A stretch of DNA of 64,000 nt from NCBI RefSeq assembly GCF_009914755.1, contig NC_060939.1. One strand, written 5' to 3'. Under the pieces are notes generated by a model. That model did not search any database. It was not told the origin of the DNA and was given only the letters and a program-made list of their open reading frames with translations. Origin of the DNA: the human T2T-CHM13v2.0 reference genome, Homo sapiens. The translations under genes and the position numbers were made by a program. Positions within the stretch are counted from its first letter, which is position 1, and every line of letters starts with the position of its first letter. This document shows, piece by piece, positions 28,245 through 41,349 of this stretch.

Positions 28245-28510
28245 TCGGATTGTGATGTCAACTGAGTGACCATAGGACAGAGAACAGGGTGGTTTCGAGC
28301 AGGGTTTGGCAGTGCGCACTGGAGGGGAAGGGTGGGGGAGAAACGTTCTCTGAAGAGGGGGTACTTGACCAGAAGACCTACATGATGGGAAGGAACCAGG
28401 CATGCATAATGCTGAGCAATCAGCCTCTCTGGCAAAAGACATAGCATGTGCAAAGGCCCTGACTCAGGAAAGCTCCAAAGCCTTAGGAAGCCTGGAAAAC
28501 TCTCAAGAGG
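28245..28510 (-). mobile_element. L2 fragment
   Basis: tctctgaagagggggtacttga...agcatgtgcaaaggccctga, a typical antisense L2 signature. Confidence 0.65.
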
Positions 28511-28513
28511 TAG

Positions 28514-29061
28514 TCAGCACTCTGTCAAAACGGACCAATCAGCTCTCTGTAAAACAGACCAATTGGCTCTCTGTAAAATGGACCAATCAGCAGGATGTGG
28601 GTGGAGCCAGATAAGGGAATAAAAGCAGGCTGCAAGCCGGCAGTGGCAACCCGCTCGGGTCACCTTCCACACTGTGGAAGCTTTGTTCTTTCGCTCTTTG
28701 CAATAAATCTTGCTGCTGCTCACTCTTTGGGTCCACACTGCCTTTATGAGCTGTAACACTCACCGCAAAGGTCTGCAGCTTCACTCCTGAAGCCAGCGAG
28801 ACCACGAACCCACCGAGAGGAAGGAACAACTCCAGACGCACCACCTTAAGAGCTGTAACACTCACTGCGAAGGTCTGCAGCTTCACTCCTGAGCCAGCGA
28901 GACCACGAACCCACCAGAAGGAAGAAACTCCGAACACATCTGAACATCAGAAGGAGCAAACTCCGGACACACCGCCTTTAAGAACTGTAACACTCACTGC
29001 GAGGGTCCGCGGCTTCATTCTTGAAGTCAGTGAGACCAAGAACCCACCAATTCTGGACACG
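28514..29061 (+). mobile_element. ERV9 LTR12 (C/D-like), lacking most of U3
   Basis: Three CCAAT repeats (28535, 28559, 28583), GT box, GATAAG at 28610, AATAAA TATA-like box at 28618, polyA signal at 28702, three U5 ctgtaacactcac repeats, and a 3' end aacccaccaattctggacac. Confidence 0.95.
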
Positions 29062-29399
29062 AAAGGTAGAGGTGTCCTCAGGGAATAGCCCAGCAGAATT
29101 TTCCACATCGCAGGGAATGCTCTACAAAATGTTGAAGATGTAGAGTTCTTGCTGAAAACAAGATTAGAAAAATTAGCAAAGGTTGAAGGAAAGAATAAGA
29201 GTGGTAGACTAGGTCCTTTTAGGGTACACACAAAACAGACTGCAGATGATGAGAATTCAGGGTGCACAGTAGCCAGGGAAGCCTGGACCCCTGCAACATC
29301 TGCAGCAAGTACAGATGTGAAGTGTTCTGCCATAAATTCAAGCACAGTGGTTCTGTATTCCTACCTTGATGCCACTTCAGGAGGACTCCTCACTCCTCC

Positions 29400-30980
29400 A
29401 GGGCTGTTGAAATGATATATTGATGTGATCTTCATTTTTGTCAATACCGATTGTCTCAACCTCATTTGTTTGGAAAAAAATTACTAATTTGTGATGCCAC
29501 CTTAAACATTTGCTGAAATACATCTGCATTGGAGGGTCTAGCTCAAGGTGCTCTATTCTTTTTCATTGATCTCTTCTACTAATGCTCATACCAATGTACC
29601 TTCCTAAATTATGTCCAGTTTTCTTTTAACAAAATTACTATTTACTAGGGCAGGTCTTCCTTCCTTAGTCTTTTTGTTCAGGGGTTGGGGTTATTCCAAC
29701 CCTCCATTCAGCCACTGAACTTTCTAATAACAAAAAAAAAGTGCCAAAACAATGACACTAGGATTTCGATGACTTTGTTAAAACTGTAAATAAATCAGTA
29801 TGGAACGGCAACAGCCATACTGTCTTTTGAAAATATCTCCTAATTAACACAGGATTTCATGTGTCCCTCAATTAATTCTCTCCTCTGAATTAGTTGTTTC
29901 CATTATACTTCTAAATGTTTATTGCTTATACAGTATATAGGAAACATATGAGAGTTTCATATTTATTTCTGTTGTATTCAGCCACCTTAATAAAATATCT
30001 TATTAATGTTCAGTTATTTTATCTTTTGATTGTTTAATTTTTATCACATTCTCCATTATAACAAGGACATCATCAATATTCATGTCTTGTTTCTGATTCT
30101 TATGTGAATACAGGGGATGTATTGTTGATAAGTGTATTAGTCACTCAAGATGTATATTCCCTACTTTATAAAACAATTGCATGTGAGATTGAATTTATTC
30201 CTTTTGCATTCCTGGAATAAGCTCTATGCTGCATTATTTTAAATATTGATTAAATTTATTTGTATTCTAGCCTTTTAAAATTTACAAGAATTCATTTATG
30301 CTTTTAAAAATGGTATTAGCGCACTCAGAGTATTTTTTCATCTGGAATTAATATCAGTATTTTATATTTTCCAAAAAAGAAAATGATTTATTTTACTGAG
30401 TGCTTCAATATTCTGGCATAGATTTAGAGGATTTATAATTTCTATCTCCTTTATATTTGTTGTTTCATCATTTCTAACTTCTAATTTTGTTTATTTGAGC
30501 TAGCCATTTTATTATCTTACGGAGAATTCCAGACATAGGTCTTGAAATTGTTTTCCTTATAAAAATAGTGTCTTAGATGTACCTCTCCATTTACTTGTCA
30601 ATTATATTCCCTACCAATATTGCTTCTTTATATTTACAGTTTTTTTCCTAATTTCTTGAGTATAATGATTAACTCATTTCATTTTATTTTTCTTTAATAA
30701 TGCTATGAATGTGCTTTTTACTACTGTTTTGGAAGCATCCAATGTCTTTATGAGTTGTATTCCATTTTTTTCTTTTTAAAATAATTGTATTCATAATTTC
30801 TTTCTAGGCCTGCTAGATATTTGCAATAGTATATTTAAATTGCTGAAAAGGTTAATTTAAAATTTCTTTAGCCCATGTTAAATTTTGGAATTTTGGGGAG
30901 GTCTTTTTCATGGCTTAGAATATCATTTTTTCTGATTTTTTTCTTTTAATTTCTCAATAGATGCCTACAAAAGGAATCTT
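29400..30980 (-). mobile_element. Highly decayed L1M ORF2, antisense
   Basis: Very T-rich with residual antisense L1 ORF2 phrases (ggacatcatcaatattcatgtcttgtttctgat; ttgcattcctggaataagc). Confidence 0.5.
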
Positions 30981-33900
30981 TTTTTATTAGCAGAGTAAAA
31001 AATGTGTGCTTTAGTAACTTTTCATTGTTATCCCTGATGGTAACATAAGCCTAGCAGGACTAAATGATTAGCAACTAAGACAGCCGAAGTTTGTCTTGGA
31101 TGGGCACTTCCTTTGTACATACCTAGATGGCTTTTTTTCTCCTTCTCAGATTGTACTTCTTTTTAGATTCAGATAAAACACTGGAAATTTTTAATTAATG
31201 GAATATTTTATTTATTGCTTTAACAAATAGCTCTATTTTGTGGGAAGCCATATTCATAGATGGAAATCACACAATCTCTGGATCCCACCTAGTTCATTTA
31301 AGAGACCGGAACTACCCTTGTTGGCACCACTCCCACCTAGCGGCTCTTTTCAGAATTACATAGAGAGCGTCTCAGCATGACGCTCATGACGCTGAAAGTC
31401 ATCATCTTCAAAAGTAACCTGTTCACACAAGGAAAGCATCACAATTAACGCATTAGGAAAATATTTATTAGACTGAAGCACCTTCTAACATTTAAATTCC
31501 AAACACAGTTTGTTTGGATTTTTTTTCTTTGCAGGGTTGAGGGAGGTAAAATTATCTATTTGAAACTAGATGTAGCATGTTTTCTACATAGACAATAAAA
31601 TATCCAAGAGTAACTCAAATATTTTATTAGAAATGTTTAGAAATAACCTTTTGGAATTTGTTATTATTATTCATCTAAATTTCGATAAACTTCTCTATTC
31701 AGTTTCTCCTGATTCCAGGTTATGTTCAATAACATGACGCAGTCACTGATGCACGTGACAGCTGAAGGGGCTCAATGATGTGAAACTCATGTGAGAAATC
31801 ATGACGGGAGATGCAGCTTTTATAACCCTGCATTGTCTACTAAAGCACAATAATCAAGCCACTTTATGAGACTGGTGATGATACTATAATGACATCAATC
31901 TGAGGACAATTTAAAGGAATATTCCATTTTCAAAAAATATTCTGGAATACAACTGAAGAGATAAGCCAATAGAAGAAGTAATTTAAGTATTTGTCCCTAG
32001 TTAATTTGTGTAATCAGCTTGACAACTTGCAAAGTCAGTTTAATTCTTTACCTAGCCCTGTAAGATCTGTCTACCAATAACAGCATTACTTAGCATATAC
32101 TAAAACCATTTTTTCTTGTACTATAATGCTTATAAGAAGAAAATCATCAAATATTTTCATACTTTATACTCTACGGATTCCCAAATAACCAGGTTTGTAT
32201 TTTAAGGTCCTACAACATTAGAAAATATTCTGTCAAAATAACACTTTAGATATTTGCCAAAAAAGCATATTCTCAGCTGACCTATGGCTTGCCTTCTGTC
32301 CTTCAAGGAAGGGTAATAACCTATCTTAATTGTTTCATAAATTCCTAAATAAGGGCAAGAATTTAGAGTACCACTCTTGGCAAAGTTATGGTCCTAAAAT
32401 TAAAAGGCTGAAACTCAAATAATTTTAAAAATTGGTTTGCATGTTATGTACGAATGGGTAGTGGGCCTTTCATTTGTCCTTTGATTATTTTAGGTGTGCT
32501 TTGTATCAGGGGAAATGTAATCTGGAGCTAAGCAAAGCAAAATTGTGACACATACCAGAGGGATCTGTTTTAAATGAGAATCAACAGAAATAAGGGGGGG
32601 AAAGTCCTGAGACAGGGTCATCAGAAAGATGAAGAGACAAAATCCGTCCATTCAAGAGGCTGCCCTCACTCTCACTCAGCCACCCCATCCCACCCAGTTC
32701 TAAGGCATTCTCAGAACCACCCAGATCCCAGTTGTGACAAATTGTTCCAAATAAAGATATTCACTCACTCAGCCATGTAACTATAGAGAATGGCAGTTAT
32801 CATATTAACTGTCTTCATGAAAACATTTAATAACATAAAGCAATGATAAAGAATTTTGATGAATGCAGATATATGCACACATACCCAAATTTATAAAGCA
32901 TTAAGTAGAACTCAAAAGTTGCTGCTGGCATTTTTAGCTCATGGGATTTTTCCTTAGAAATCTGGGAAGTTCATTGCCAGGCCCATAGGCTCTGCAATCC
33001 GAGAAAAGGCTGAATTTTCTTGTGCATGGAGGCATCCCTGCATCTTTGCAGAGATTTTTGACAGGGTCTCTGATCTGCAGGCTGCAGAGCCACCTTTTCG
33101 GGGCCACCTGCACACAGAGGGAAACACATTGCATGCCGAACTGCAGATGCAACAAGAGCTCCTGAAGAATCACACACAACTTCCTGGCGTCCCGTGGCTC
33201 TTCCAATAGGAAGGCAGGAAAGGAACATCCTCTAGACCTGAGTCAGACCCAGGAGGCTGCCCTCAGCTGACCCCGCCTTCCCCCAAGCTCCCAATGAGAA
33301 ATTGCTCCAAAGTCTTCTACTTTAATATTATTATTATTATTTTATTATTAGCTCTCTAATATCTCCAACTTACCACATTTCAAGCATATGAAAATTGAAA
33401 ACAAAACAACATATGGAGAGAAGATTTTTGTGGAATTGTCAACCGGTCTCCAGGAGCACAGAGCAACCATTTCTTAAGCAGTCTTATCCCTGGTATTTCT
33501 CAGTTCAAGTGGGAAGACTTTCAAATAATTTAGTATTGCATTAGGTAATATATTTGAGGACTAAGATGATAAATCGGCTATAATATTCCTTTAAAGTATT
33601 AAAGGTTCAAGGAAAAAAAAAGATATTAAAGACAGATGCCAGTCAGGGAGCACATTCAGGGAAGAGAGGGAGGAGGCAGGATGTCCCTCTGCCTTCGCTG
33701 CTCCCTGAAACACAGTGCTGTCCTGAAGAGCCCCCACGGTGTCCTCCTTCGGCCCCCATCCTGCTGCATCCCTCCCCCTCCTCCCAGGACTGAAAACAAA
33801 TTGTTTTGGGCTACAATACCCCGGGCTGTGCCTTGACCTGCATGGTACAGTGACACTGTGCGGCTTGAATTTTTACATACAGCTGCATAAAGCAATTTTC

Positions 33901-35179
33901 ATGTAAATTTCTAGGTAAATCAGCCTGCAGTTGGTCTATTACAGGGACACATACACAAAAACCGTTAAGTTTGACAGAAGATTAGAAGTTGCCCTTGTTC
34001 CTTCCTACGCCTCTCTCTGTGCCTTCGACGATGTGTCTGAAATGGGAAAATGAGAATGCCTAAGCACCCCAAAGAAGCAGGACTCTTATCTTGGGACTGT
34101 GCCTCCCCAAGGCTGGGATGTGCTGAAATCAGAAAGGGCTTCTCTGGGAAAGAGAGAAAACTTGGTATGAAAATCAACCCTCAAAAGAGCAGCGAGAGCT
34201 GGGTAATTCTCTCTCTCTGCCTGGGAAAGACTGGGCCACCTTCCATTACCTGGCTTCTTCTCGATGAGGCGATGGACACAAATAAACAGCCACTGTGGGC
34301 CCCCAGTGGCCCCACCACTCCTATGGATGCGGACAGGCCAGCTCAATTAGCTCACAGCAGGTGGAGAAGTTTCCAGGGTCAGAAGAGCAAATCAGTCCTT
34401 CAGAGGCACCTTTCCCTGGGAGCTGGGAGCCACCTCCCCTCCCTGCACAGCCAGCAACAGGAGTTAGGCAGGCGACCCAGCCATCTGGCAGCAGCCTATC
34501 TGGGCCCTCCATCTAAATGCGTTCCTGCCCAAAGGAGGCTCATTTCTTGAACATGTTCTTTTAAGGCAACAGCATACACAGAGCACAAAGTGGAAGATGT
34601 AACCAAAACCTGGCCCAGGATGTTTGTTTATGCAATCCTTAAATAATTCATCTTTATCCCTATTGAGCCCATCACAGCATGTCAAAAATAAATGTGTCGC
34701 CTTGGCCTATTGTTTGCAGCTCAGGATTGTCAAGCGAGAAGAAAATATTACAGAGACGGAGGGAGATACACGCAGGAGTGTGACCTTTAACTGCACTACC
34801 TATAACCAATCTCATCAAATTAAAGCACTGTATATTTTCCTTAATAACCTCTGATTAGGCTGGGGCTATGAGTGGACACGAACACCCGCCATTGCTATGC
34901 AGCGGGATGTCTGCTTAGCACCAGCAAAGCGTTTGGGAATAAGTGAGCAAAATGCTTTAATTTGATAGGGTTAGAATCCTGCAGGCTCTGGGGTGAAAGG
35001 TCTCCAACAGCTCCGCTCACACTGAATATGCAGAAATAAAAAAGTAAATTGCTTACATCTGCTGCAGGCGGCAGGGAAAATGATCTGATTGGATGGTCCG
35101 AGGGCTCTCCATCTCTTTTGGGTTAGAGAGAGGGTTTTAGAGCATCAAAAGCTTGTAATTGGAGTAATTCTGAATTAAT

Positions 35180-35182
<3 letters not shown>

Positions 35183-35224
<42 letters not shown>
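35183..35224. repeat. (CA)21 microsatellite
   Basis: Read directly from the sequence. Confidence 0.95.
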
Positions 35225-35225
<1 letters not shown>

Positions 35226-38200
35226 CATTTTGAGGCAGCTGTTTGCAGAAGCCTGCCTGTTTAGGAATGCTTACAGATTGCAAAGAAGCAACTTCAAAAA
35301 TAATCTTTTCTTCTCTCCAAATGAATCCTAACCATGGGTTTGAATTTGACAACAGGTAACAAGCACAACATTCTTATCTGTCTCATCCTCCTGCCACAGA
35401 GCCTGGGAGCTATCAGACCTACGTATCTGCTTGCCCACCATGTATATCTTCCTGAAATACATGTGCACTCCAGCTCTCCTTCATGCATAAGAAGATAATT
35501 CAGAAAGGGCTTCACCGGGATTCCTAGAAGTTGACAGAGAAAGCTTGGGTTTTGCCTTGCTTTGTGATGTGGGATTTAATCTGCGTATTTGATCAATAAG
35601 AATCAAAGGCAGGACTCAAGGTCTTTTGGGCACAAGCTGGTTCAGTTTCATGCAGGATGCCAGGAGGCAGTCTGCCGTGTCAACCCAATGCGTTCAGAGG
35701 ACAGTATGAGGGAACCTGCCTCGCAGATGACATTAGGCCTGGCTCGATCTGCTATTCTCTGTGGTGTATGATGGCGACAATGAGGCTGAGGTTGCATTTT
35801 AACTGTTTGTATTTTATTTTATTATTTTATTAAGCTTACACCAGCTTGCAGATCTAAATGAGATCACCTAGTCCCATTGTCAGCAGGCTCCTGTCACATA
35901 CTGAAAGCAACTGTGGCCTCCTGTGGTTGAGAGTGAGCCCCCAAGGAGGGAGATTTACTGAAACTGAACGGGCCGAGAGAATGCATCCTGTGAGGCAAAC
36001 TTTCAAGAGCTATTTCTCAGCCAGGCATTGATCTGGGAAGGCAGGCTTGGCCAGACAAGCCGCAGAGGCTGAGATGGAGGTTCCCGAATACTCTTGGATG
36101 CATCAGCCTTATAGGGACATCTCCAAGCTCCTCTGACACTTCAGTTGTAAATGGGCTGATGTCTAAAATCAATTTTTTCCATAATTCTTGTTACTGTCCA
36201 AGACTCTTTGAAATTATCTGAATAGCCTATTGTGTTTTTACAAGGATCAGATTGATAGGTTTTACAATCCATAAACAAGCTAAATATTCTAGGTATCAAA
36301 TCTCATACACACACACACCCCTCTCTCCCTATCAATAATTTTTTAAACATGGACAAAGTAATAGATTGGATACAAAACTGCACAAAACAGTCTGTGTTCA
36401 TCCCTCTCCAGCAAACTCTATGATACATAGAAACAATGAGTCTTTTTAAATTTCTCGATTTTGGCACGATTGCCCAGGATTGGCCACAGAGATGCCCTGA
36501 CCTGGTTTCTCTTAGTAGGTTCACTATGTGCAAAGTCCTTTCCTCTGTAAGGCACTGCCTCTACCAAATGGCTCAGCTCTGGTCTCTATCATTCTGAAAT
36601 CTCCTTTGTCTGCCTGGGCGCTGCCACAGTCTATTGGAAGGTATTTGTCAACAATTATATGTCTATTAAAGAGTAGTCAATCAGTGTGGGCCCAAACAGC
36701 CAGGCCTCTAGGGTCTAGCTTTTGATAGGAAACTGTCAATATCCCATCCAGTCCATTTCTCAACAAACACACAGTCACCTACCCGAAATCATTGTCGGAG
36801 AAACAGGGAAGGCCTGCTTTCATTGCTAGGTCTCCGACTTCTTCACTTTCTGATCTAATGTTCAGTTTGAATAAAGAGAAGCCTTTAGACTTCTGCTGAA
36901 TAAAAGATGTATATTAAAATGCTATGTAAACTGAGTGCGGGTAGATATTTATTACAATTAAGAATATTATGTGAAGACTGTACGTGTAGGTGGCTGCAAT
37001 TATTCCTGAAAATCATAAAACCAGAAGAACGTTAATAAAGGATACTTTAAATTAGCTTGACTGTAATTAATATCTATAAATACCTTCCATTCCACAAGCA
37101 CAAAGTTGAGAGTTATTTACCCAATTTAAGACAAAAGGTTGTGATAGTAGCCAATATAGCTTCATGTATGTTCAATTTACAGAACTTACTGCAGATTTTG
37201 TAATTATTATTATAAAGGGCTTGTCTTTTCTTGAAAGAAGAAAGACTGGGAGTTCCATGTGAATGTTTAAAACTAAAGCCCCCCCAAGCAAAAACCACAA
37301 TGTAGAGGACGGGGAGGGGAGAAGAAAAGAAAGAAAGGAAGAAAGAGAGAAAAGAAACCCGAAGTAAGGCTGTATCCTTTGAACTAGCAACTCCCCTGCA
37401 TCACAGAGTACACTAGTTGTCCTACAACAAAAGACGGCATCAAACTCTCTCCACAAAGGCCTGAGACACCCAACAATATTTAAAGCAGATGTAGTATTTA
37501 GCATCTCTGCACTATGTAAGACGCCCTTTTAAGATCTGTTAGAGCCAGGGTTTATAAAATTTATGAAAACAAACGTTTTCTCCTTTCCTTCGAATGTTTC
37601 CCTGGGATTTTTGGACTTTCAATGAGAGAGAGATATAAACGCCAAGCTGGCTGTCCCAGAGTTCAGGTAGCACACGATTAAATCCGGAATTAATGCAGGA
37701 ATAGGTGTGCCCCTCGGACTGAGCTTCTTTTTATTGTACTCCTTCCATTTTCACTAAAGCCAAATAATTCAGATCTAGGGAAAGAGCATGGAAAGGTCAA
37801 AATGAAGCCCAAATGTCCAGTAGAAGTTTTATAAGTTGCCATAAAGATATAAAATAAAAATTAAAAGTACTGAAATAAACTGAGATGCCTCCGGTTTCAT
37901 GTAGAGTTTTTGCCCATTTTATTTCTGCTCTTCAGAATCAAAACAAAGTAGATTCAAGGTGCATGTTAATCAAATTACCTATGTCCTATCTGAAGAGTGT
38001 CCCCAATCCCCCAAGAACTTGGAAATCCTTTTTGCATTTTATGACCACAACTTCATGGCATTTAATGCATATTTAGTTTTGCAGGTACTGTTGGTGTTCA
38101 AATCCACTTATAGATACTCAAATCTAATCTACCATGTAGATGTAACGTAGACCTGCAGTTCATTTTAGATGCTCGGAGCAGGGAAATTATAAATGGACTT

Positions 38201-40684
38201 CACAAAATGTTCCAAGAGCATTAATAGTGAAATGGACTGGGTCAGGAACCCAAGTCACAAAGGGTCTCTGAGTAGTTACTTCCCCAGCAGACGGCCATCG
38301 TTGCAAGGGGCAGCTGATCTCCTTTTTTGAAAGCTCCATTATGTGTATTTACAAAATAAACAATGCATGCAAGTTCATGATTGTCATCATTAATAATAAG
38401 CATTATAGCAAACCGTTAAATAAATATACATGCCATAGATGTCTGCCAGACCCATCACTCCTTTTTCTCCTACATCAGATCCAAGGCATTGTCTTTGTTG
38501 AATTAAAAAAAAAAATCACTCTTCATGAAACAGCAGCAACAACAAAATAGAATCATTATTTAAAATAACTCACCAATGTTCAAATGCTCGGATTTTAAAT
38601 CAGATAAGTCAGCAAGTTCAGAGTTGGGGTGAGAACTTGCTCTCATTAGTCTCACGTTTGCAAGACGCAACCACAAGCCAGGAATGTAAAATGTTCTCAG
38701 TGCTTCAATAATTAACTATTTTTCAAAGGAAAAGACAAGTAAATAATATGATGTTTTATGAGTTCAAGTTGAACAACTTGTGTGCTGTGCAATACTTCTA
38801 TCATGATACTCTCCAAAAAATTGTTTTATGAGCATAATATTTGCTTACTGACAAATTCTGTCACATCAAGAGATTTTTTTAAAAAAACGCAACGTACCTT
38901 TGAGTTTCAATTTGATAATCTAGAAATCAGTATACAACTGTTCAGATATCTTAGCAAGTTTCTTATTTAAAGCAAGTCTCTAAAAGTTTTACATTACATG
39001 TTCATTAAAGAAGTACATATGATTCCAGCCTCTCATTAAATAATATTCAATTTTAAAAAAAAGAAAGCAAGAAAAAGTATTCCTTAAAGCAGTACTTAAC
39101 TGATAAAAATTTATATATTAAAGAACTAATGCTTGCATGAAAGAGCTTAAATTTTACTTTGTTACATTTTTAACCCATGCAGAAACACTGAAGCAAGAAA
39201 AAAATGTACAACATATTTTTATACGTTGTTTCTACACATATAGGAAGAATAATATATGTGTCTGTGTGTGCTTGCGGCCTGTGTGTGTGTGTGTACATAT
39301 GTATATAAAATAGAAAAAGAACATTAGCGTTATTTGCTAAAATAAAAAAGAACATTTAGTCCTGTCTGAGTTTTTCCTTTAAAGGGTGATATAAAGATTT
39401 TGTAGGGAAAATTCATAGATGACCATTAGTTATGATTATTTTACTAGCTAAAGAAGAAATTCTTTGATAGTTCTAGATACCAGCACGTTACTTTCTTTTT
39501 ACATAGAGCTTTTTGTTATGGGAGTAACAAGAAAAATTTTCAGACATTTGTTTCATAATTCTTGGCCAAATTTCCATCAGCAGAAGAGCAAATTTGTTGA
39601 TGACTAAGCAGAGATTCAGAAAGCCCAGGGACCTGGCGAGGGTCACACAGCCTTTCTGTGATAGGGCGTTGATCTCCCAGCTTCCATTCACTCCATAGGG
39701 GAGTACAACTCTGTTCATGGATCCCATCAATTGAAATAAAAACGAGAGCGAGAAAGAGAGAGAAAGAGGGAGAGAAAATGAATGGGAAAAAGAACGTGCT
39801 TGAATGGACTGTATGGTTTGCATGAGACTCGTGCAGAAATTGATATTTTGCCTGTTTTTTTTGTCTCAGAGATAATCTTAGAAAATGTCTGCCTAAGCTT
39901 CTATCAGGGGTGTCCCAAAACTTGGAAATTAGCTTCTCACAGTCCTGGAGAGTCCCAAAATGTTAGCAAATTAAAACAATTTGTCTCCCTGGAAGCCCGG
40001 GGTATATTCACTGCTTAGAATTGAAGAGGAATAAGGGACCCACATGTGCTTTTGTGACTAACTGCTCTCCACAAACAACTTTTTAGACAGGCAGCCAGCC
40101 TAAATACGCTGCTCAGAGTTAGATGGGAAAAAGGTGTTGCTATGCTAGATACTTAAGAACCTAACACACAAGAATATCATGCTACACTTTCTGAAAAACA
40201 AAAAAAAGTGGGGAAGGGGTGGCATCAGCATTATCTTCCTCTTTCCAAATTAAACATCAACATGTTTTATTTTCCACATGTTTTGGACATACATCCACTT
40301 TTAAAGAATATTTATTAAGGCTTGTGTGTCTAAAAATACAGGCCCTTCCTCTATTACAAAATTCCCCAAAAAATTCAAAGGGAGAGAAAAATCTCACACA
40401 GATAAAAATCTCCCAAGCTGACCATTCCTGAACAAACTTTATTTTACAAACTACTAGGAAAAAATAATTAATTCAGCGCATTTATGAAGAATGCACACTT
40501 TTATTTTAAAATTCATAATGTCTAAGTACAAAAAGGTGCTAGTATAAAGAAGAAAATAAGATTTTTCAATGCAATGCTTCATAGAAATATTTTCTATTCA
40601 ATTCAGTCATGTATTTTTAAAATTTTACACAAAATTAGTATATCACATTTTGGAATTATTTAAAACAAACCAGACCTTTCATTT

Positions 40685-40710
40685 ACACACACACACACAC
40701 ACACACACAC
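40685..40710. repeat. (AC)13 microsatellite
   Basis: Read directly from the sequence. Confidence 0.95.
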
Positions 40711-41253
40711 TTCCTACCACAAATTTCTAGAGGCCAATAAAGAAACAGCATGGTAGCATTCAGGCAACATAAAAGTATTTGTTACTCATTATCGTCTATT
40801 TAATTAGGAAGTATTATTTCCTGTTTTTCAAATCAGCAATTTCTCTCTGAACAATAGATTAGGATACACCTTCCAATAATAATTAGAAAAAAATCATCTA
40901 CTTCCAGCATATTGAAGGGTGAAAGTCCAGCTGCCACTGGTAAAATCTATGGTATCCTACCGCCATCTACTGACCATTGCTCAAATATTATGATTTAAAG
41001 GTACAGGTTTAAATTTATAAAATTAAGGAATTTTCAAAAGAAAACACTTTGAAAGCTCTACTGGAACAACTCATTACTCTGGCAGTTGTTCCAAATGTTT
41101 GAAAATACTTCCCTAATCTGAACCGAACTCGATCTACCTGTAAATACCACCTCCTGGGCTTTGCCTTGGCCTCCACTGGTATAAAGAGGATGCTGATTTT
41201 CTCTTAAACTCTTCAGAATTCGGAGGGCAATGCTCAAGCCCTTCCTATCTCTT

Positions 41254-41268
41254 CCCACCCACCCACCC

Positions 41269-41308
<40 letters not shown>

Positions 41309-41349
41309 CTCTCTCTCTCTCTCTCTGTTTCTGTTTCTCTCTCCCTCTC
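41254..41349. repeat. Compound (CCCA)3CCC-(CA)17-(CT)11 repeat
   Basis: Read directly from the sequence. Confidence 0.92.

Noticed and set aside
28740-29061. Periodic ctgtaacactcac repeats resembling a CRISPR array, and ORFs at 28514-29345
   Set aside because: These are the known U5 repeats of LTR12, and the ORFs are common antisense LTR12 artefacts.
34050-34550. 166-aa ORF
   Set aside because: No recognisable domain. It lies in a GC-richer stretch with overlapping ORFs on both strands, as expected by chance.
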